Shown piece by piece: positions 19,474 through 29,436 of a DNA stretch of 64,000 nucleotides. The DNA is from Candidatus Latescibacterota bacterium (GTDB taxonomy: Bacteria > Latescibacterota > UBA2968 > UBA8231): positions 2,112,001 to 2,176,000 of the forward strand of contig OZ244561.1 of assembly GCA_965217585.1 (NCBI GenBank), read 5' to 3'. The notes under the pieces were generated by a model. It did not search any database. It saw nothing but the letters and a program-made list of their open reading frames with translations, and was not told where the DNA came from. Every line of letters begins with the position of its first letter. The first letter of the stretch is position 1. The translations under genes and the position numbers were made by a program.

Positions 19474-20292
19474 CTATACGCCGCAAAACGCGGAAAAGCC
19501 GCCATCGATGGGCACGATGGCACCGGTGACAAACGCGGATGCATCCGAAAAGAGCCACAGGGCCGTGCCGACGACCTCGTGCGGGTCGCCGAAGCGGGCC
19601 ATGGGGACGTTTTTGAGAATGGTCTGGCCGCGGTCGGTCAATTCGCCGCTTGTTTGATCGAGGAGCAGGAAGCGGTTTTGCGTGGTGATCATAAAGCCAG
19701 GGGCCACGGCATTGACGCGAATTTTGGACGCGTAGGTCGTGGCCATATGCACAGCTAGCCAGCGGGTGAAACTATCGGCGGCAGCCTTGCCGTTGGAATA
19801 CGCCAAGGCCCGCGACAGCGGCAGCCCGCCGCCGATTGAGGTGATATTGACGACGGTGCCCTCGCCGTTAGCGGCGAAGACGCGGCCCACGGCCTGCGAG
19901 GGCAGGACGGCGCTTAGATAGTTGAGATCCATCACCATCTTGACCGCCTCTGGATCAATATCAAAGAATTCGAGTTCCGGGGAAGTGGTGGTATCCTTGT
20001 GGCTGCCGCCAGCCCCGTTGAGCAGGAAGTCGATGGTGCCAAAGTGCCCGATAGTCTCCGCGAGCGCGGTCTCGACGCTGTCTTTGCTGACGACGTTGCA
20101 CTCGACGGGGAGGACTTTGTTGGGGAAGTCTTGGTTGATCTCGTCGGCTTTGGCGCGGGCCGCCTCTGGCGCAATGTCCCAGATCGCCACCTCAGCGCCA
20201 GCTCGGGCGAGGCCGCGGGCGATCTCGCCGCCAATGGCACCGCCGGCGCCGGTCGCCACGGCCTTTTTGCCGTGGAAGTCAAAAGTAGTCAA
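19474..20292 (-). CDS. SDR oxidoreductase (sugar-acid dehydrogenase-like)
   Basis: [34 protein letters not shown]. Confidence 0.88.
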   Translation of the reverse strand: MTTFDFHGKKAVATGAGGAIGGEIARGLARAGAEVAIWDIAPEAARAKADEINQDFPNKVLPVECNVVSKDSVETALAETIGHFGTIDFLLNGAGGSHKDTTTSPELEFFDIDPEAVKMVMDLNYLSAVLPSQAVGRVFAANGEGTVVNITSIGGGLPLSRALAYSNGKAAADSFTRWLAVHMATTYASKIRVNAVAPGFMITTQNRFLLLDQTSGELTDRGQTILKNVPMARFGDPHEVVGTALWLFSDASAFVTGAIVPIDGGFSAFCGV

Positions 20293-20439
20293 GGTGATGC
20301 CTCTCCTTCTGTTAAAATTCAGTCGCTGAGCCGTAGCGCCGACCGATGCGAGGTCCGGGCCGAGGAGTCGTCAATTCGGGAGATGTCAATGAAAAGGTGG
20401 GAAATACTCATCGTCGCCGCGCTGGAGGCCAAGACATCG

Positions 20440-21252
20440 CTAGCGGCCCCTGCTCAGCGCCGGTGCCAACGCCGCGTAGCCGACCGCGCAGGATTCGTCG
20501 AAATCCATGGTGACAAACGTCTCTATCGCCATGGCCTCGGCAAAGCCGATGTCCCGGAGCGCCTGCACGATGCGCGGATAGTCGAGGCTTCCTTGGCCGG
20601 GGATTTTGTGGTCCCAGTCGGGATAGGTGCCGATGTGGTCCTTGAGGTGGGCGTGTACGATGCGCCCCTGCCACTGATGGGCAACTGCGACCGGATCCAA
20701 GCCGAGGAGCGTCAGATAGCAAGGGTCGAAATTGACGCCAAAGGACGCGCTGCCGACCTCGTCGTGCAGATCCAAGAAGCGTTCGGGGGTGTCGGTGAGC
20801 CAGCCGGCCCACACGCCATCAACCGCCAACTGCACGTTGCGCGGCACTGCGTAGGCAAGCGCGTCTTGGAGATAGGCGACGACTCGCTGCCAAGCCTCGG
20901 CTCGCTGGGCGGAATCGTCCTTGGGACCGCCCATGTGGAAGACGACGAGCGGTGCGCCGACATCCACAGCCAGATCAACCGATCCCTTGAGGTCGAGCGG
21001 TTCGTCGGTAAAGAGCGAGTTAGCGAGATTGGCGTGGGTGATGACGGCTTCGATGGTGAGACCTAGCCGCTCGGCCGTGCTCCGCGTCTGCGTGCGCAAT
21101 TCGGGCGTCACTGAGCGCGGGTCCGCCGACGGCCCGTGAGTCCCCGAGATGTCAATGCCGTCGTAGCCAGTAGCGGTGATTTTTTCCAAGGCCGGCTCGA
21201 GCGGCATTGCGAGCCGGTCGGTGTAGCTATAGGTGTAAAAGGCGAGGCGCAT
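20440..21252 (-). CDS. Sugar phosphate isomerase/epimerase (xylose isomerase-like TIM barrel)
   Basis: GYDGIDI, VNFDP, HAHLKD, PGQGSLDY, AIE. Confidence 0.87.
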   Translation of the reverse strand: MRLAFYTYSYTDRLAMPLEPALEKITATGYDGIDISGTHGPSADPRSVTPELRTQTRSTAERLGLTIEAVITHANLANSLFTDEPLDLKGSVDLAVDVGAPLVVFHMGGPKDDSAQRAEAWQRVVAYLQDALAYAVPRNVQLAVDGVWAGWLTDTPERFLDLHDEVGSASFGVNFDPCYLTLLGLDPVAVAHQWQGRIVHAHLKDHIGTYPDWDHKIPGQGSLDYPRIVQALRDIGFAEAMAIETFVTMDFDESCAVGYAALAPALSRGR

Positions 21253-21380
21253 AGCTCAAATTAATTTGCTGGATGCCGACGTACATAGAAGGCTTCTTCC
21301 TTGGTATAAGGAAGCAAAGCACACATCTTATTCTATTTAATCGAACCCCTTTTTGCAATTTTACCCAGAGGAGATACGAC

Positions 21381-22463
21381 ATGGCACAACCGTTGGGCGC
21401 GGCCTACAAACAGATCGCGGCGACGCAGCCGCGCGGAACGTATCGCGGCGCAGTGGTCGGGTGCGGGCGGATGGGCAGCACCATCGACGACGAGCACATC
21501 GGAATGGCGCACTATCCGTGGCCGTGGGCACACGCCCCGGCGATGATCGAAGCGCGGGGTATTGAGCTGATCGGTGCGGCCGACGTGGATCGGGCCAAGT
21601 TAGACGACTTTGCCCAGCGCTGGGGTGTGGACGCCCTGTATGAAGACTACCGCGAGTTGGTCGCCCAAGAGCGGCCCGATGTGGTGGCGGTGACGACGCG
21701 GCCCGACGAGCGAGCCGAGGTGGTCATTGGCCTAGCCGAGGCCGGGGTGCGGGCGATTTTTGCCACCAAGCCGATGTGCCGCACCTTGGCCGAAGCCGAT
21801 GCGATGATCGCGGCGTGCAAAGCAAGCGGGACCATTCTTTCCATCGCCTGTCATCTCAATTGGTATAGCTGGTACACGAATGCGCGGCAGACCATGGCTG
21901 AGGGGGCGATTGGCCGGTTGCGCTCTATGGTTTGCCACAGCCCGCACAGCCTGTCGAATCTGCAAAGCCATACGCTGGCCCTGTTTCGGCTCTTTGCCGG
22001 AGCGCCGGCCGAGTGGGTGATGGGCGAGATGGACGATGACGAGCAGGCCGCGGCCGACCGGGATTTATCTGGCTCGGGCTACATTGCCTACGCCAATGGA
22101 GTGCGCGGCTTTTTGAACTCCCGCGCCGACCGCTCGGGGCATGGGTGGACCTTGGAGTTTATCGGCGAGCGCGGGATGATCGTCTCGCGCAACGCCCACG
22201 CGCAATTCGAGCTGTGGGGGGCGCATCCAGAGACCGGCGAGCCGATCCAGCGGCCATTTCCCAATCCGTGGCACCCGCGCTCGTCCATGGTCGATGCGAT
22301 TGAGGGCGTCTGTCGGGCGATTGAGGAGGGGGAAGAGCGGATTTGCCCTGGGGAATTTGGGCGCGAGGCGCTGGAGATTGCCATTGGCTTGCGCGAGTCG
22401 CACCGGCAGGGCAATGGGCGGGTGGATTTGCCGCTGGCGGATCGGGCGTTGCGGATGGGTTAG
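21381..22463 (+). CDS. Gfo/Idh/MocA family oxidoreductase
   Basis: VVGCGRMG, YEDYREL, TKPM; GAGGAG RBS. Confidence 0.9.
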   Translation: MAQPLGAAYKQIAATQPRGTYRGAVVGCGRMGSTIDDEHIGMAHYPWPWAHAPAMIEARGIELIGAADVDRAKLDDFAQRWGVDALYEDYRELVAQERPDVVAVTTRPDERAEVVIGLAEAGVRAIFATKPMCRTLAEADAMIAACKASGTILSIACHLNWYSWYTNARQTMAEGAIGRLRSMVCHSPHSLSNLQSHTLALFRLFAGAPAEWVMGEMDDDEQAAADRDLSGSGYIAYANGVRGFLNSRADRSGHGWTLEFIGERGMIVSRNAHAQFELWGAHPETGEPIQRPFPNPWHPRSSMVDAIEGVCRAIEEGEERICPGEFGREALEIAIGLRESHRQGNGRVDLPLADRALRMG

Positions 22464-22472
22464 GCGCAATGG

Positions 22473-22546
22473 TAGTGCGTCGCTTTGAAAATTTCAGTCC
22501 CTGATAAAGGGACAAAATATCCAAGAAATTTCAAAGTGACGCACTA
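22473..22546. mobile_element. 74-bp MITE-like inverted-repeat element bounded by TA
   Basis: Arms TAGTGCGTCGCTTTGAAAATTTC and GAAATTTCAAAGTGACGCACTA (one mismatch, one indel); inner GTCCCT/AGGGAC hairpin. Confidence 0.55.
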
Positions 22547-22673
22547 TCAAGAATAACTTGTATGCCTTCTTTCACCGGCCTATCTTGGGCTACCCGGCTC
22601 CCTCGGGAGCCACTAAGGTGGTGTCAACGCCACTGTCTTGATACATCCAATCCCTTTTCAAGAGGTTATTTTC

Positions 22674-23273
22674 ATGCTGAGAGTATCCGTATCCGTCGTC
22701 GTAGTTGTATTGATTCACGTGATCCTATCCGCTCCGTCATATGCAGCTGAAAGCAAAATGGAACGGTGGTACACCTTGTGGAACATAGGCTATGGTCAAA
22801 ACGGCTATCCTTTGGGGTTGGAAGAATTTTTGGATGATATGGATGTCGAGCATCCTACGGGGACGACCGCCGACGTGCTTGGCTTCTATGTCCCACTCGG
22901 CGAGCAGACCCTGATAGGGACCATCATCAACGGCAGCGGCGACGTGTATAAATGGAAAAACAGCAAAACCGAGATCGATATTTACCTCTATATATGGGGT
23001 GCCAGTTTGATCCATTTTCCTAACGCCAAGATAGGAGATGGAGGCTTTCTGCGAGCCGACGTAGGCGCAGCTTTCGGCTCGGTTGAGGTAGTCCAAGACG
23101 GCGAAGAATTAGAGTCGAGAAGCGATATAGGGATAGGCATCCTCGCCGGGGGCGGCTATGCTTGGCCTGTCATGGAAGGCACGCGTCTTATGGGAGGGTT
23201 GCAATTTGCACTACGGCGGATCGAGAAGGACCACTACATAAGCGTCGGTTTGACCCTTGGTGCTCTGTTCTAA
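22674..23273 (+). CDS. Putative outer-membrane beta-barrel protein
   Basis: Signal peptide, Gly/aromatic amphipathic strands, C-terminal Phe. Confidence 0.65.
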   Translation: MLRVSVSVVVVVLIHVILSAPSYAAESKMERWYTLWNIGYGQNGYPLGLEEFLDDMDVEHPTGTTADVLGFYVPLGEQTLIGTIINGSGDVYKWKNSKTEIDIYLYIWGASLIHFPNAKIGDGGFLRADVGAAFGSVEVVQDGEELESRSDIGIGILAGGGYAWPVMEGTRLMGGLQFALRRIEKDHYISVGLTLGALF

Positions 23274-23283
23274 ACTTGACGAC

Positions 23284-23775
23284 CTATTCGTCCGTCCTTT
23301 GTGGTAGCGCAGGCGATTCAGAGCGCTCTTTGAATTCGACTTCAAGAGCGCGAATAGGGTCGGAGTCATGCGCCAATCCAGACACCGTCCCCAACAACGT
23401 CAGGGCATTATTGTGAAGTTGAAAGGCGTCCGCCGAAAGATATCCCCCTGACCCAACCGAACGAACAATCACGACAGTTTCTGGTGATCCGTCGCTGTCC
23501 AAATCGGAGAATTTTATACTTTCAACGACCCCGTCGCGCGGCCTTACAGTACCTGCAATAAAGCGGTCATAAGGGAAGCGGGGATCGGTTCCAGCGTATG
23601 TTCGGATACTATAGCTGCCAATACTTCTCGGCTCAAAGTCCCCTTCAGCCACAACTACAATTGTCGAGGCTTCTGGCACCACGGCCTTCCTGATTCGGCG
23701 GGTGGTTTCATCGGCCTCTAAAGCGGTAGAAGTCACAAGCGCGAACCCTAGACACAACAGCCGCATTACATTCAT
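23284..23775 (-). CDS. pliI: PliI-family inhibitor of I-type lysozyme
   Basis: Signal peptide; VVVAEGDFEPRSIGSYSIR, RDG and SVGSGGYLS (SxGSGxY) motifs. Confidence 0.85.
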   Translation of the reverse strand: MNVMRLLCLGFALVTSTALEADETTRRIRKAVVPEASTIVVVAEGDFEPRSIGSYSIRTYAGTDPRFPYDRFIAGTVRPRDGVVESIKFSDLDSDGSPETVVIVRSVGSGGYLSADAFQLHNNALTLLGTVSGLAHDSDPIRALEVEFKERSESPALPQRTDE

Positions 23776-24311
23776 AGCTAAACCCTCGCCTTTCGATTCG
23801 GCACAAGTCGAACAGACCAATAGCATAAGCATTATTTTTGGAATCGCCGCGTCTGCGTTTTATACGGCGACCTTAGTACGCCACACCGGGCTACCAAAAC
23901 GTGCACGTGGGGGTTGAGATCGTCCATCAGCGTGAAGAAGCCGTGTCTGGCGCATGGGTCGTGAACTTTCTAGTTTCCGTGCGTCGTTCCCTGAAATGTC
24001 GTTTCTCGTATGCCCATCTCCTACGACAGTCCAACTCATGGGCGCTATTCTCCTGAGTCCGGCCACGAGAAAACTAAATCAAAACGTTTCACAACAGAAA
24101 ACCCGGCTCCGCGAACCGGTCGTCACGTAGGGTCAGATGGTCCGCGTCACGGAACTCCGTAGCGTACGTCGCATTGCGGGCGGCGTTGGGATCTTGCTGT
24201 AAGGCTCATTATAGCGGTCTACTCCTACCCATACTGCTCCCCAGGCGCGAGACACAGCCGAGAAGCCGAAGCATAGATCCGGCATTCGCCTAGAGCAACC
24301 GCGCAAAAGCA

Positions 24312-24342
24312 AGGGCCGTCCAACATCTGCTTGGACGGCCCT
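24312..24342 (-). terminator. Intrinsic terminator
   Basis: AGGGCCGTCCAA/TTGGACGGCCCT 12-bp stem followed by TGCTTTT on the minus strand. Confidence 0.75.
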
Positions 24343-24385
24343 GTGTCGTATCGCACTTACGTCGTAGGGTATTACCTACCCCTTT

Positions 24386-25123
24386 TTATTTTATCAGCGC
24401 CAGCCGCCGCACCCGTACCCCCTGTGCGCTGGCGAGCCGGGACAGATACACCCCACTGGCCAACGCCTCCCCGCTGTCGCTGCGGCCATTCCAGACAATC
24501 TGGTAGCGCCCTGCCGCCTGTGCGCCTTGGACTAAGGTGCGCACCCGCTGTCCCCGGACATTGTAGATGGCCAGTTCCACTGCACCAGCCGCCGGCAACG
24601 CGTAGGTCATCTGCGTTTCGGCGTTAAATGGGTTGGGATAGTTCGCGTATAGGCGAAAGGCCACCGGCTCGGCCGCCGGGCCGGTCACCGTCGCCGTGCT
24701 CTGGTCGTCGGATGGCACTAGGGACGGAACGGCGTCCCACGGCAGCCCACCGCTCTTGGTTGTTATGAGACGGCACTCCGGTGCCGGTCCCTTGTAGAGC
24801 CTCTGCTTGCCGGCGAGGTCGTAATACCAATAGGCGGCCCCGCAGGGAAGCGCATTAATGATCTCTCTAAGCTTGATTATCAGCGGTCTTATCTGCTGTA
24901 CCTCCTGAGCGGAGATCGTGCCGTCCGCCGACAACTCCTTACTCATTTCCACGAACTCGCGGGAAGCGTCTAGGAGGCGCTTCTGATGCTCTTTGACCAA
25001 GGTCTGCGCGCGGACCGGGGAGGCGGCCAGCGGGAGAGCCAGCGCGGCCAGTAGCGCCGCCATCGACATGACGCGCGGGATGCGCGAAAGGCGGATGTTC
25101 CCGCAACGGTTTACAGCGCCCAT
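24386..25123 (-). CDS. Secreted protein with C-terminal FlgD-Ig/T9SS-like sorting domain
   Basis: Signal peptide, small unknown domain, then NYPNPFN...IYNVRGQRVRTL...WNGR...SGVY; start may be 25069. Confidence 0.8.
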   Translation of the reverse strand: MGAVNRCGNIRLSRIPRVMSMAALLAALALPLAASPVRAQTLVKEHQKRLLDASREFVEMSKELSADGTISAQEVQQIRPLIIKLREIINALPCGAAYWYYDLAGKQRLYKGPAPECRLITTKSGGLPWDAVPSLVPSDDQSTATVTGPAAEPVAFRLYANYPNPFNAETQMTYALPAAGAVELAIYNVRGQRVRTLVQGAQAAGRYQIVWNGRSDSGEALASGVYLSRLASAQGVRVRRLALIK

Positions 25124-25130
25124 GGTCCCT

Positions 25131-26696
25131 TCAGCGCATGAGATCGGCGATGCGCTCGCCGATGGCCATAGAAGTAATGTTGGTGTTGGCGCGCACGCAG
25201 TCGGGCATGATGGCTGCGTCGGCAACGCGCAGGTTTTCGAGGCCGTGAACTCGGCCATGCTGATCGACGACGGCCATCGAGTCGCTCGTTGGTCCCATCT
25301 TGCAAGTCGAGGAGACGTGGTGGCTGGTGCCCACTTCGCGCCGCATCCACTCGTCGAGCGCGTCGTCGGTGTCGAGTTCGGTGTCGGTAGGGCCGATGCG
25401 CTCGGCAACGAGGCCGTTGAGCGCATCGTGTTTGAGCAGGTCGATGATGATGCGGATGGATTCGCGCAGGCGGCGGCAGTCTGAGGGCTCGGCCAAGTAG
25501 TTGTAGTCGAGCACGGGCTGCACGTGCGGGTCGGTAGAGGCCAGCTTGAGTTCGCCCTGTCCCTCGGCCAAGTAGATGCAGCCGACCAAGTAAAAGCCCA
25601 AGGGTTTGGAATGCGACGAGGCGTAGTAGCCCTCGGTCGTGGCAAAGGAGGCCGGGATGATGAACATGTCGTTGCGCAAATCCGATCCGGCGGCAGTGTA
25701 GCGCAGGCCGATTTGCAGCCGAGGCTCCGTGCCGTCGCCGAGGTACTCGTCCTTGGCCCGCAGGGTCGCGCTCACCTGCGGATGGTCGCGCAGATTCTGG
25801 CCGACGCCGGGCAGGTCGCACACCATGTCAACGCCCATTGCCTCCAAGTGCGCGGCTGGCCCGACGCCCGACAGCAAGAGCAGGTGCGGTGAGCCAATAG
25901 CCCCGCCGCAAAGCACGATTTCTCCGCCGTGGACCGTGGAGAGGGCACCGTCGCGCTCGACGAGCAGGCCGGTGGCGCACTGGCCAGTAAAAAGCACGCG
26001 GTGGACGTGGGTATTGGCTTGAATGGTGAGGTTGGGGCGACCGCGAGCTGGGTTGAGGTAGCCGATGTTGGTGCTCCAGCGGATGCTCTCGGCGTTGTTG
26101 AGGGCCAAGGGGCCGACGCCGGTGGAAGCAGGGTCGTTGTGATTGGGACAGTCGGGGTAGCCGGCGGCGAGCGCAGCCTCGTAGAAGGCGCGGTGCTCGG
26201 GATTGAGCTCGTGATCTTTGAAGCGCCGAGCGCGGATGGGGCCGTCGGCACCGTGGTAGGGAGCATCGCCGTAGTCGGGATCGGATTCGAGGCGGCACAA
26301 AAAGGGCAACAGAGCGTCGTGGCTCCACAAGTCGTTGCCCGCCGCCGCCCAAGAGTCGTAGTCTTCGGGCACTCCGCGCAGAAAAATCTGCGCGTTGACC
26401 GCACTCGACCCACCGATAATTTTGCCGCGCGGCACAAACATATCGGGACGCAGGTCCGTAGCCCGAGCGCGATACTCCCAGCCAAATCGGGTGCCTAAGC
26501 CAAAGGCGCGATCCCAGATATTGCGATCGCGCCCGTAGGCATAGCGAATCTCCTCGGGCAAGTCTTCAACCGTAGAAAAATCCGGCCCGGCCTCCAGCAG
26601 CAAGACCGACCAACTCCGATCCTCGCTGAGCCGCGCCGCGAGAACCGCACCGGCCGCTCCAGCCCCGGCAATGACGACATCGTAAGACGCAGACAT
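25131..26696 (-). CDS. GMC oxidoreductase (choline dehydrogenase-like)
   Basis: GAGAAG, GKIIGGSSAVN, LLLSGVGP, VGQNLRDH, LRVADA. Confidence 0.93.
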   Translation of the reverse strand: MSASYDVVIAGAGAAGAVLAARLSEDRSWSVLLLEAGPDFSTVEDLPEEIRYAYGRDRNIWDRAFGLGTRFGWEYRARATDLRPDMFVPRGKIIGGSSAVNAQIFLRGVPEDYDSWAAAGNDLWSHDALLPFLCRLESDPDYGDAPYHGADGPIRARRFKDHELNPEHRAFYEAALAAGYPDCPNHNDPASTGVGPLALNNAESIRWSTNIGYLNPARGRPNLTIQANTHVHRVLFTGQCATGLLVERDGALSTVHGGEIVLCGGAIGSPHLLLLSGVGPAAHLEAMGVDMVCDLPGVGQNLRDHPQVSATLRAKDEYLGDGTEPRLQIGLRYTAAGSDLRNDMFIIPASFATTEGYYASSHSKPLGFYLVGCIYLAEGQGELKLASTDPHVQPVLDYNYLAEPSDCRRLRESIRIIIDLLKHDALNGLVAERIGPTDTELDTDDALDEWMRREVGTSHHVSSTCKMGPTSDSMAVVDQHGRVHGLENLRVADAAIMPDCVRANTNITSMAIGERIADLMR

Positions 26697-26723
26697 AACA
26701 TCCCCTAGGTTCGGGTCTCCGAA

Positions 26724-26789
26724 TACGGGGCGTCCCTCGTGGATGCCCTAATCCTTCTAATATAGAGCACCCACAAGGGGTGCATCTAC
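26724..26789. repeat. Inverted pair of GTAG-family REP-like palindromes
   Basis: Plus TACGGGGCGTCCCTCGTGGATGCCCT (26724-26749); minus GTAGATGCACCCCTTGTGGGTGCTCT (26789-26764). Confidence 0.6.
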
Positions 26790-28168
26790 CACACCTGCTC
26801 CGCTAATTCTTCCGCCGGATAGGTGAGAATCTCCGCCAAGGTCGGATGATAATGGGGAATCTTAGCCAAATCCTGCACCGTGCCGCGAAAGTACATCACC
26901 GTGATCAACTCGTGGATCAACTCGCCAGCCTCCGGGCCAACAATGTGGCTCCCGAGTATTTCGCCCGAGCGCGGGTCGCAGAGGATTTTTGCGTGGCCGC
27001 AGGTTTCGCCCATCGTCAGCGACTTGCCGTGGTCGTCAAAAGGATAGCTGGCGACCAAATAGGACCGATCCGCAGCGCGGCAGTCCCGCTCGCTGAGGCC
27101 GACGCTGGCCACCTGCGGATCGGTGAACACGACCACTGCGTTGAGACGGTCGTCGAAGCGGTGCTCGGGGCGGTCGGGGTGCGTGGCATTGTACGCGGCG
27201 ATCTCCCCCTGCTCAATGGCGATGTGGACGACCTCGTGCTCGCCGTTGACATCGCCGACCGCGTAGATGTGCGGCTGGCTGGTGCGCATGGCCGCATCGA
27301 CGACAATGCGCCCGCGGGCGACCTCGACTCCGGCTTGCTCTAGGCCCAGCTCGTCGATGTGCGGGCGGCGGCCGAGGGCTTGGAGGACGAGATCAGCCGA
27401 GGCCGTTTTTTCCGCGCCGCCGTGGGAAAAATGCGCGATCTTGCGCCCGTTTTCCTCGGTGAATTGGCGCAGTTGCGTGCCGGTGTACACCTCCATGCCT
27501 TCCTCGCGGAAGCGCGCTTCAACCGGCCGCGCCAAGTCCTCGTCGCCAGCGGAGAGAATGTGACCGCTGCGCTGGATGAGCGTTACCTGCGTGCCAATGC
27601 GCTGAAAGAACTGGGCCAGCTCGACGGCGATGGGACCGCCGCCGAGGACGAGGAGGCTCTCTGGCTGCTGGCACATGTCGAGGGCCTCGTCGCTGGTGAG
27701 GTAGCCGACGTGGTCCAGCCCCGGGATCGAGACGCGGTGGGGCGTAGAGCCGGTGGCAATGATAAAATGCCCTGCCTCAATGACGTCGTCGCCGGCTTGG
27801 AGCGTCTGCGGCGAGAGGAAGCGGGCACGCGCTTCGCAGAGCGCGAAGCGGCCGTCGCTCAGTTGCTCGCGGCGATAGGCGGCAAAGCCGGCGACCAGCC
27901 GCGCCTTGCGCTCGACGATGGCGGCTAAGTCGGCGCGGACTTCCACCGGTGCTAGGCCGAACTCGGCGGCGCGGCCCAGATGCGCGGCTATTTCGGCGGA
28001 GCGCAGGATCGCCTTGCTAGGCATACAGCCGCGCAGAATGCACAGCCCCCCCCAGGGGCCTTGGTCGATAACCGCGACATTTGCGCCGGCCGCGTGGGCC
28101 GTGCGAGCCGCCGCGTACCCGGCCGAACCACCGCCGATGATCGCGATGTCGCATTGCACAGTTGCCAT
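26786..28168 (-). CDS. Pyridine nucleotide-disulfide oxidoreductase (dihydrolipoyl dehydrogenase family)
   Basis: GGGSAG, GGLCILRGCMPSK redox disulfide, YAVGD, HPTLAE. Confidence 0.9.
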   Translation of the reverse strand: MATVQCDIAIIGGGSAGYAAARTAHAAGANVAVIDQGPWGGLCILRGCMPSKAILRSAEIAAHLGRAAEFGLAPVEVRADLAAIVERKARLVAGFAAYRREQLSDGRFALCEARARFLSPQTLQAGDDVIEAGHFIIATGSTPHRVSIPGLDHVGYLTSDEALDMCQQPESLLVLGGGPIAVELAQFFQRIGTQVTLIQRSGHILSAGDEDLARPVEARFREEGMEVYTGTQLRQFTEENGRKIAHFSHGGAEKTASADLVLQALGRRPHIDELGLEQAGVEVARGRIVVDAAMRTSQPHIYAVGDVNGEHEVVHIAIEQGEIAAYNATHPDRPEHRFDDRLNAVVVFTDPQVASVGLSERDCRAADRSYLVASYPFDDHGKSLTMGETCGHAKILCDPRSGEILGSHIVGPEAGELIHELITVMYFRGTVQDLAKIPHYHPTLAEILTYPAEELAEQVW

Positions 28169-28236
28169 AGTTGATTTTTATCCTACTCTTGAGCGGCTTG
28201 GTTTTTGTTTTACTGTTGAACGGTGAGGTCTGTTCC

Positions 28237-29436
28237 TTGAATGCACTATACCCCATAGGCGCGGTTTTGCTCTGCTGCGCGTTGGCCCTGCCCGCTTGGA
28301 GCGAGGATGCCTATACGATGCGCGGCTTTGATGCGCGCATCCAGCGGGGCATAGATCTGACCTACAATCTGCGTTTTGAGGAGGCCGAGCGCCACTTTCA
28401 GACCATCGTCGCGGCCGAGCCGGACAACCCGCTCGGCTACTTCTTTCGCGCGATGGTCTCTTGGTGGCGAATCCTCATAGACTTGGCCGACGAAACCTAC
28501 GACGCGGAGTTCCACGCACGGCTTCAGCAGTGCATTGAGGTCTGCGACCGGCGTCTGGCAAAAGACCCGATGGACTTCGACGCGATTCTCTTCAAGGGTG
28601 GTGCCGTCGGTTTCCGCGGTCGCCTGTACGGCGATAGAGAGCAGTACGTAAGGGCGGCGCGCGACGGGTTGCGCGGTCTGCCCCTCCTGAAGAAGAGCCG
28701 TCAGCTCGAACCGACCAACAAGGACATCCTCTTTGGCCAGGGCCTGTATCACTACTTCGCCGAGGTCATGCCCCAACGCCATCGAATCCTTCGTCCACTC
28801 ATGGCCTTTTTGCCCGACGGAGACCGCTTACTGGGCCTCCAGCAGCTAGAGGAAGTCGCCGGCGAGGGAGCCTATGCCCGCACTGAGGCCGCCTATTTCC
28901 TAGGCCAGATCTACCGAATTTTTGAAAAGGACAACCGCCAAGCCCTGCCCTATTTTGAGGAACTCTACGCGCGGTACCCCGACAACGCCGTCTTCCACCG
29001 CTACACCGCGCGGACTATGGTCGAACTCGGCCGCTGGCGATCGGGTGTAGCTTTGTACGAAGAATACGTACGGCGCGGCGTGGCCGGCCAGACCGGCTAT
29101 CACCGCCACGGCCGCTTGGAGGCGCATTACTACGTGGGCAAATACGCGTACTTCGAGCGGCGCTATCCCGAGGCCGTCGACCACTTAGCGGCGACCGACA
29201 GCCTCGCCGCAGATTCCGAGCGTAAGCGGGACCTAGCGTTTGCCGTACTGGCCAATCTGCTGCTCGGCCAAGTACACGATCTAGCGGGCCGCCGCGAGGA
29301 AGCAGTTCTTCGCTACCAGCGGGTGCGGCGCTTGCCCGACCACGCAGACAGTCACCAACGGGCGCAGCACTATCTGCGCGCGCCCTATCGAGAGGGAGCA
29401 AGTGAGGCGATCAATCTTGTCCCTCCAACCGAATGA
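28237..29436 (+). CDS. Secreted tetratricopeptide-repeat protein
   Basis: TTG start with GAGGT RBS, signal peptide, repeated TPR-like helices. Confidence 0.75.
   Translation: MNALYPIGAVLLCCALALPAWSEDAYTMRGFDARIQRGIDLTYNLRFEEAERHFQTIVAAEPDNPLGYFFRAMVSWWRILIDLADETYDAEFHARLQQCIEVCDRRLAKDPMDFDAILFKGGAVGFRGRLYGDREQYVRAARDGLRGLPLLKKSRQLEPTNKDILFGQGLYHYFAEVMPQRHRILRPLMAFLPDGDRLLGLQQLEEVAGEGAYARTEAAYFLGQIYRIFEKDNRQALPYFEELYARYPDNAVFHRYTARTMVELGRWRSGVALYEEYVRRGVAGQTGYHRHGRLEAHYYVGKYAYFERRYPEAVDHLAATDSLAADSERKRDLAFAVLANLLLGQVHDLAGRREEAVLRYQRVRRLPDHADSHQRAQHYLRAPYREGASEAINLVPPTE

Noticed and set aside
23870-24300. ncRNA or real CDS in the gene-poor stretch upstream of pliI
   Set aside because: No recognisable structure or family; more likely decayed foreign DNA
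25124-25645. N-terminal extension of the FlgD-domain ORF
   Set aside because: Overlaps the GMC oxidoreductase in another frame; the signal peptide begins downstream
26786-28168. Mercuric reductase MerA
   Set aside because: No C-terminal Cys-Cys pair, no N-terminal metal-binding domain and no mer genes
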